From Camelus dromedarius (Eukaryota), in contig NC_087436.1 in the NCBI RefSeq assembly GCF_036321535.1, forward strand, positions 80,044,001 through 80,108,000: a DNA stretch of 64,000 nucleotides, in the 5' to 3' direction. Both the position numbers and the translations under genes were made by a program. Positions 62,936-64,000 of the stretch are shown piece by piece. A model generated the notes under the pieces. That model saw only the letters and a list, made by a program, of their open reading frames with translations, was not told where the DNA came from and did no database searches. How positions within the stretch are numbered: position 1 is the stretch's first letter; each line of letters opens with the position of its first letter.

Positions 62936-63177
62936 TTAGAGTACTTAGCTGAGAATAAATGGGGAATGAAACAAAGTAATGTTGACCTGAGAGAAGCCTG
63001 CAGTTCCCCTGGCCAGGCAAAGGTATGATGCCCCTATAACAAAGCCTGCAAAGCTACTGAAAACAGGAAAGATAAAGTGACAGTAGACTTCAGCTACTTG
63101 GAGAGCTGGAGGAGACGACAGATGCTGAAAAAGTGGGACATCAGATAAATGACTGAGTTGCCTGAAACACAGAGAAA

Positions 63178-63612
63178 GAAATAATGCCATTTGCAGCAAC
63201 ATGGATAGACCTGGAGATTGTCATACTAAGTAAAATAAACCAGAAAGAGAAAAAACAAATACCGTATAATAACTCTTATATGTGAAATCTTTAAAAGAAA
63301 ACATGAGACAAATGAACTTATTTGCAAAACAGAAACAGACCCACAGACGTAATAAACTTGTGGTTACCTAGAAGGGAGGAGGGGTATGGAGGGATAAATT
63401 GGGAGTCTGGGATTTGCAGATAGTTACTACTATATATAAAATAGATAAACAGCACAGTCCTACTGTATAGCACAGGGAACTATATTCAATAACTTGGAAT
63501 AGCCTATAATGAAAAAAATGAAAAGTAATATATATATGTACAACTGAATCACTATATGGTATACCAGAAATTAACACTACAAACTGAATATACTTCAAGA
63601 AAATAAATTCAA
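63178..63612 (+). mobile_element. 5'-truncated camelid-type L1 3' end inserted into an antisense L2
   Basis: aataatgccatttgcagcaacatggatagacctggag...gggataaattgggagtctgggatttgcaga; L2-like sequence on both sides (about 62940-63175 and 63615-64000). Confidence 0.9.
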
Positions 63613-64000
63613 AAAGAAGCTGGCATTTTTAATAGGAATCATAGTCATTTACAGCAACTGGTTTCAGAAGCAAGAAAATAAATGTGGGGGTGTTGGGTGA
63701 AATATCCAAATGGAATATCCAGGCCATGGCTGACAGGAGAAGATTCTGGACTAGAGTCATAGAAGTGAGAGTCAGCCGCATTAAGGCAGGAACTGAAGAC
63801 AGTTAGGAGAGAGGCTGCTGGGGAAAGCATGACAAGAAGTAAGGGGGAAGCTCCAAGGATAGAACTACGGAGGCGGGAGGAGAAAGGAGAAGCACTGAAG
63901 GAGCCTGAGGCAAAGCAAGGAAAGAAGGAGAAAAGGAGTTGACACCATGGGTGTCACAGAGCAGCCAAAGCAAGAGAGGAATTTCTTGAAGGAGCATGTG

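Noticed and set aside
1..64000. Prokaryotic systems (CRISPR arrays, operons, rRNA), known miRNAs or a nameable host gene
   Set aside because: The sequence is clearly mammalian with no repeat-spacer array; I recognised no mature miRNA or known coding exon, so no gene symbol is assigned

Overview
Mammalian (eutherian) genomic DNA, most likely camelid: it has a Vic-1-type tRNA-derived SINE and artiodactyl-type L1 3' ends, and I saw no Alu, BovB/Bov-tA or PRE-1. I cannot support any intact protein-coding gene. The supplied ORFs are either repeat-derived (L1 ORF2 C-terminus, microsatellites) or unrecognisable. The window looks like a large intron or 5' regulatory region. It is dense in old repeats (MIR, L2, MaLR/ERVL LTRs, hAT and Tigger MITEs, L1), separated by repeat-free islands rich in transcription-factor motifs. 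The most notable items are: four low-confidence minus-strand exon candidates (52.8, 28.3, 14.9 and 3.7 kb) downstream of a promoter-like region at 52.8-54.9 kb; an ancient 43-bp-arm palindrome at 32.04-32.14 kb; a compound L1 rearrangement at 41.3-41.7 kb; and a G4-flanked enhancer-like block at about 30 kb. I found no convincing novel biological system. Repeat family names come from remembered consensus sequences, and boundaries are approximate unless TSDs are given.
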